Source: a virus
Taxonomy: Duplodnaviria; Heunggongvirae; Uroviricota; Caudoviricetes
Reading direction: 5' to 3' (one strand)
DNA length: 32,113 bases
IMG/VR virus record: IMGVR_UViG_2721755710_000003
The first letter of the stretch is position 1, and the number at the start of each line of letters is the position of its first letter. The position numbers and the translations under genes were made by a program. Below are positions 27,717-32,113 of this stretch, in pieces. The notes below the pieces were generated by a model that had not been told where the DNA came from, made no database searches, and saw only the letters and a program-made list of their open reading frames with translations.

Positions 27717-30156
27717 CAATGTAAAATTACAGGTATTGCTCAGGGCTGTTGACCAGGCATCCCGCCCGTTTAAATCCATCCGCACAGCGAGCAAGTCGCT
27801 GTCGGGGGATATCCGGGAAACACAAAAATCACTGCGCGAGCTGAACGGTCACGCATCCCGTATTGAGGGATTCCGCAAGACCAGTGCACAGCTCGCCGTG
27901 ACTGGTCATGCACTTGAAAAGGCACGGCAGGAGGCCGAAGCCCTTGCCACACAGTTTAAAAACACCGAACGTCCGACCCGTGCTCAGGCGAAAGTCCTGG
28001 AATCCGCAAAGCGTGCGGCGGAGGACTTACAGGCGAAATATAACCGCCTGACAGATTCCGTTAAACGCCAGCAGCGGGAACTGGCCGCTGTGGGAATTAA
28101 TACCCGCAATCTTGCACATGATGAGCAGGGACTGAAAAACCGTATCAGTGAAACCACCGCACAGCTTAACCGTCAGCGTGATGCGCTGGTGCGTGTCAGT
28201 GCGCAACAGGCAAAACTTAACGCAGTAAAACAGCGTTATCAGGCCGGAAAGGAACTGGCCGGAAATATGGCCTCAGTGGGCGCTGCCGGTGTGGGGATTG
28301 CGGCGGCGGGAACGATGGCCGGTGTTAAGCTACTGATGCCCGGTTATGAGTTTGCGCAGAAAAACTCAGAATTACAGGCTGTGATCGGAGTGGCAAAAGA
28401 CTCCGCCGAAATGGCCGCACTCCGCAAGCAGGCGCGCCAGCTCGGCGACAATACCGCCGCCTCGGCAGATGATGCAGCCGGTGCGCAGATTATTATTGCG
28501 AAAGCCGGTGGGGATGTTGATGCCATTCAGGCGGCAACGCCGGTCACGCTGAACATGGCGCTGGCGAACCGTCGCACAATGGAAGAAAACGCCGCCCTGC
28601 TGATGGGGATGAAATCCGCCTTTCAGCTTTCAAACGATAAGGTCGCTCATATCGGGGATGTTCTCTCCATGACGATGAACAAAACCGCCGCCGATTTTGA
28701 CGGCATGAGCGATGCGCTGACCTATGCCGCACCTGTGGCAAAAAATGCCGGTGTCAGCATTGAAGAAACCGCGGCAATGGTCGGGGCGCTGCATGATGCA
28801 AAAATCACAGGCTCAATGGCGGGGACGGGAAGCCGTGCCGTGTTAAGCCGCCTGCAGGCACCGACGGGAAAAGCATGGGATGCACTCAAAGAGCTTGGAG
28901 TGAAAACCTCAGACAGCAAAGGAAACACCCGGCCAATATTTACCATTCTGAAAGAAATGCAGGCCAGTTTTGAGAAAAACCGGCTCGGTACTGCCCAGCA
29001 GGCTGAATACATGAAAACTATTTTCGGGGAGGAGGCCAGCTCAGCCGCTGCCGTGCTGATGACTGCCGCCTCAACCGGAAAGCTGGACAAACTGACCGCT
29101 GCGTTTAAAGCCTCAGACGGGAAGACCGCCGAGCTGGTAAATATCATGCAGGACAACCTAGGCGGTGACTTTAAAGCGTTTCAGTCCGCTTATGAGGCGG
29201 TGGGGACTGACCTGTTTGACCAGCAGGAAGGCGCGCTGCGTAAGCTCACGCAGACGGCCACAAAGTATGTGTTAAAACTCGACGGCTGGATACAGAAAAA
29301 CAAATCACTGGCGTCAACCATCGGCATCATTGCCGGCGGTGCACTGGCGCTTACTGGCATCATCGGTGCCATTGGCCTCGTAGCCTGGCCGGTTATCACC
29401 GGCATCAATGCCATCATCGCGGCAGCAGGCGCAATGGGGGCAGTCTTCACGACGGTTGGCAGTGCTGTTATGACCGCCATCGGGGCTATTAGCTGGCCGG
29501 TTGTGGCCGTGGTGGCTGCCATTGTCGCCGGTGCGTTGCTTATCCGTAAATACTGGGAGCCTGTCAGCGCATTCTTTGGTGGTGTGGTTGAAGGGCTGAA
29601 AGCGGCATTTGCGCCGGTGGGGGAACTGTTCACGCCACTTAAACCGGTTTTTGACTGGCTGGGCGAAAAGTTACAGGCCGCGTGGCAGTGGTTTAAAAAC
29701 CTGATTGCCCCGGTCAAAGCCACCCAGGACACCCTGAACCGTTGCCGTGACACGGGCGTCATGTTCGGGCAGGCACTGGCTGACGCGTTGATGCTGCCGC
29801 TTAATGCGTTCAACAAACTGCGCAGTGGTATTGACTGGGTACTGGAAAAACTCGGTGTTATCAACAAAGAGTCAGACACACTTGACCAGACCGCCGCCAG
29901 AACTCATACCGCCACGTATGGTACCGGTGACTATATTCCGGCGACCAGCTCTTATGCAGGCTATCAGGCTTATCAGCCGGTCACGGCACCGGCTGGCCGC
30001 TCTTATGTGGACCAGAGTAAAAACGAATATCACATCAGCCTGACGGGGGGGACTGCGCCGGGGACACAGCTTGACCGCCAGTTACAGGATGCGCTCGAAA
30101 AATACGAGCGGGATAAACGTGCGCGCGCCCGTGCCAGCATGATGCATGACGGTTAA
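27709..30156 (+). CDS. T: Tail tape measure protein GpT, 815 aa
   Basis: Long protein with a coiled-coil N-terminal region and Ala/Gly-rich hydrophobic segments; size and position as in P2. Confidence 0.92.
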   Translation: MSNNVKLQVLLRAVDQASRPFKSIRTASKSLSGDIRETQKSLRELNGHASRIEGFRKTSAQLAVTGHALEKARQEAEALATQFKNTERPTRAQAKVLESAKRAAEDLQAKYNRLTDSVKRQQRELAAVGINTRNLAHDEQGLKNRISETTAQLNRQRDALVRVSAQQAKLNAVKQRYQAGKELAGNMASVGAAGVGIAAAGTMAGVKLLMPGYEFAQKNSELQAVIGVAKDSAEMAALRKQARQLGDNTAASADDAAGAQIIIAKAGGDVDAIQAATPVTLNMALANRRTMEENAALLMGMKSAFQLSNDKVAHIGDVLSMTMNKTAADFDGMSDALTYAAPVAKNAGVSIEETAAMVGALHDAKITGSMAGTGSRAVLSRLQAPTGKAWDALKELGVKTSDSKGNTRPIFTILKEMQASFEKNRLGTAQQAEYMKTIFGEEASSAAAVLMTAASTGKLDKLTAAFKASDGKTAELVNIMQDNLGGDFKAFQSAYEAVGTDLFDQQEGALRKLTQTATKYVLKLDGWIQKNKSLASTIGIIAGGALALTGIIGAIGLVAWPVITGINAIIAAAGAMGAVFTTVGSAVMTAIGAISWPVVAVVAAIVAGALLIRKYWEPVSAFFGGVVEGLKAAFAPVGELFTPLKPVFDWLGEKLQAAWQWFKNLIAPVKATQDTLNRCRDTGVMFGQALADALMLPLNAFNKLRSGIDWVLEKLGVINKESDTLDQTAARTHTATYGTGDYIPATSSYAGYQAYQPVTAPAGRSYVDQSKNEYHISLTGGTAPGTQLDRQLQDALEKYERDKRARARASMMHDG

Positions 30157-30170
30157 GGAGGTGACGAAAA

Positions 30171-30650
30171 ATGATGCTCGCGTTAGGTATGTTTGTTTTT
30201 ATGCGCCAGACGCTGCCACACCAGACCATGCAGCGTGAATCAGATTATCGCTGGCCGTCAAATTCCCGTATCGGTAAACGGGATGCCTTTCAGTTTCTCG
30301 GTGTGGGTGAGGAAAACATCACGCTGGCCGGTGTGCTTTATCCCGAACTGACCGGCGGCAAGCTGACGATGACCACGCTCAGGCTGATGGCAGAGGAGGG
30401 GCGGGCGTGGCCGTTGCTGGATGGCACCGGCATGATTTACGGCATGTATGTCATCAGCAGGGTGAGTGAAACAGGGAGTATTTTCTTTGCAGACGGCACA
30501 CCCCGGAAAATTGATTTTACGCTGTCACTCACCCGCGTTGATGAATCACTGGCCGCGCTTTATGGCGATATCGGTAAACAGGCGGAATCGCTCATCGGTA
30601 AGGCCGGCAGTATGGCGACCAGATTCACAGGTATGACGGGGGCGGGATAA
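30171..30650 (+). CDS. U: Tail protein GpU, 159 aa
   Basis: Size and position as in P2. Confidence 0.9.
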   Translation: MMLALGMFVFMRQTLPHQTMQRESDYRWPSNSRIGKRDAFQFLGVGEENITLAGVLYPELTGGKLTMTTLRLMAEEGRAWPLLDGTGMIYGMYVISRVSETGSIFFADGTPRKIDFTLSLTRVDESLAALYGDIGKQAESLIGKAGSMATRFTGMTGAG

Positions 30651-31813
30651 TGCTGGATGCGCTGACATTTGATGCAGGCAGTACGCTGACGCCGGATTAC
30701 ATGCTGATGCTCGACAGCAGGGATATTACCGGCAATATCAGCGACCGTCTGATGAGCATGACCCTGACGGATAACCGGGGCTTTGAGGCTGACCAGCTTG
30801 ATATTGAACTGAACGATGCCGACGGGCAGGTCGGGCTGCCGGTTCGTGGCGCTGTCCTGACGGTGTATATCGGCTGGAAAGGTTTTGCCCTGGTATGCAA
30901 AGGGAAATTTACCGTTGATGAGGTTGAACACCGGGGCGCACCGGATGTAGTCACCATCCGCGCCCGGAGTGCAGATTTTCGCGGGACGCTCAATTCCCGC
31001 CGGGAAGGCTCCTGGCATGACACCACGCTCGGTGCGATTGTTAAGGCGATAGCCACCCGTAACAGGCTGGAAGCCAGTGTCGCTCCGTCACTGGCCGGAA
31101 TAAAAATTCCACACATCGACCAGTCGCAGGAGTCTGATGCGAAATTCCTGACCCGTCTTGCAGAACGCAACGGCGGTGAGGTGTCGGTAAAAATGGGAAA
31201 ACTGTTGTTTCTCAAAGCGGGGCAGGGAGTGACGGCCAGCGGTAAAAAAATCCCGCAGGTCACCATAACCCGCAGCGACGGCGACCGCCATCATTTTGCG
31301 ATTGCTGACCGTGGAGCCTACACCGGTGTAACGGCAAAATGGCTACACACTAAAGACCCGAAGCCGCAAAAGCAGAAGGTAAAACTGAAACGCAAAAAGA
31401 AAGAGAAACACCTGCGCGCACTGGAGCACCCGAAAGCGAAACCGGTCAGGCAGAAGAAAGCGCCTAAAGTACCGGAAGCGCGTGAAGGTGAATACATGGC
31501 CGGTGAGGCTGACAACGTTTTTGCCCTGACCACGGTATATGCCACGAAAGCGCAGGCCATGCGCGCCGCTCAGGCGAAGTGGGATAAACTGCAACGGGGC
31601 GTTGCGGAGTTCTCTATCAGCCTGGCTACCGGTCGGGCAGATATTTACACGGAAACACCGGTCAAAGTGTCTGGCTTTAAGCGCGTCATAGACGAGCAGG
31701 ACTGGACAATCACTAAGGTGACACATTTTCTGAATAATAGCGGCTTCACGACGTCCTTAGAGCTTGAGGTCAGGCTTTCTGATGTGGAGTACGAAACAGA
31801 AGATGATGAGTGA
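30650..31813 (+). CDS. D: Tail protein GpD, 387 aa
   Basis: Size and position as in P2; the start overlaps the U stop. Confidence 0.9.
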   Translation: MLDALTFDAGSTLTPDYMLMLDSRDITGNISDRLMSMTLTDNRGFEADQLDIELNDADGQVGLPVRGAVLTVYIGWKGFALVCKGKFTVDEVEHRGAPDVVTIRARSADFRGTLNSRREGSWHDTTLGAIVKAIATRNRLEASVAPSLAGIKIPHIDQSQESDAKFLTRLAERNGGEVSVKMGKLLFLKAGQGVTASGKKIPQVTITRSDGDRHHFAIADRGAYTGVTAKWLHTKDPKPQKQKVKLKRKKKEKHLRALEHPKAKPVRQKKAPKVPEAREGEYMAGEADNVFALTTVYATKAQAMRAAQAKWDKLQRGVAEFSISLATGRADIYTETPVKVSGFKRVIDEQDWTITKVTHFLNNSGFTTSLELEVRLSDVEYETEDDE

Positions 31814-31894
31814 TGTTTTTGTTTTATCTGTTTGTTTTGTAAGGATAAATTAACTAAAATGGCACCATCAACAAAACCGGAAGAGGTGCTCGCG

Positions 31895-32113
31895 ATGTTT
31901 CATTGTCCTTTATGCCAGCATGCCGCACATGCGCGTACAAGTCGCTATATCACTGACACGACAAAAGAGCGTTATCATCAGTGCCAGAACGTGAATTGCA
32001 GCGCCACGTTCATCACTTATGAGTCGGTACAGCGATACATCGTGAAGCCGGGAGAAGTCCACGCCGTAAGGCCGCACCCGTTGCCATCAGGGCAGCAAAT
32101 TATGTGGATGTAA
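31895..32113 (+). CDS. ogr: Late transcription activator Ogr (zinc-finger), 72 aa
   Basis: Translation MFHCPLCQHAAHARTSRYITDTTKERYHQCQNVNCSATF... with a CxxC...CxxxxC zinc-binding pattern matches P2 Ogr as I recall it; the ORF is open from 31832. Confidence 0.9.
   Translation: MFHCPLCQHAAHARTSRYITDTTKERYHQCQNVNCSATFITYESVQRYIVKPGEVHAVRPHPLPSGQQIMWM

Noticed and set aside
1-32113. CRISPR arrays, tRNA or rRNA genes, integrase/attachment site
   Set aside because: No regularly spaced direct repeats or tRNA-like structures were noticed. In a P2-like layout the integrase and att site lie beyond ogr or upstream of A, outside or displaced from this window.

Overview
The window is a near-complete P2-like (Peduovirus-type) prophage from an enterobacterial host, laid out in prophage order: IS1 | A (3' part) | accessory cassette | cos | Q P (leftward) | O N M L X Y K lysA lysB/lysC R S | orf30-position membrane protein (leftward) | V W J I H G | Z/fun-position NTPase (leftward) | FI FII E/E' T U D ogr. 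I recognised the structural, lysis and control proteins by recollection of P2 protein sequences and sizes; no database search was run. Two insertion sequences cripple the phage: a partial IS1 at the left edge truncates replication gene A, and a complete 2581-bp IS21-family element (istA/istB, 5-bp AACGG target duplication) splits terminase small-subunit gene M. Against a GC-rich backbone there are three visibly AT-rich accessory islands, judged by eye. The most interesting is a two-gene cassette at the A-cos junction, where P2 carries tin/old: a ParB/Srx-like protein with an uncharacterised C-terminal domain, followed by a Dam-family N6-adenine methyltransferase. The second is a 528-aa P-loop NTPase in the Z/fun position between G and FI. 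The third is a three-helix membrane protein in the orf30 position between S and V. No rRNA, tRNA or CRISPR array was seen.
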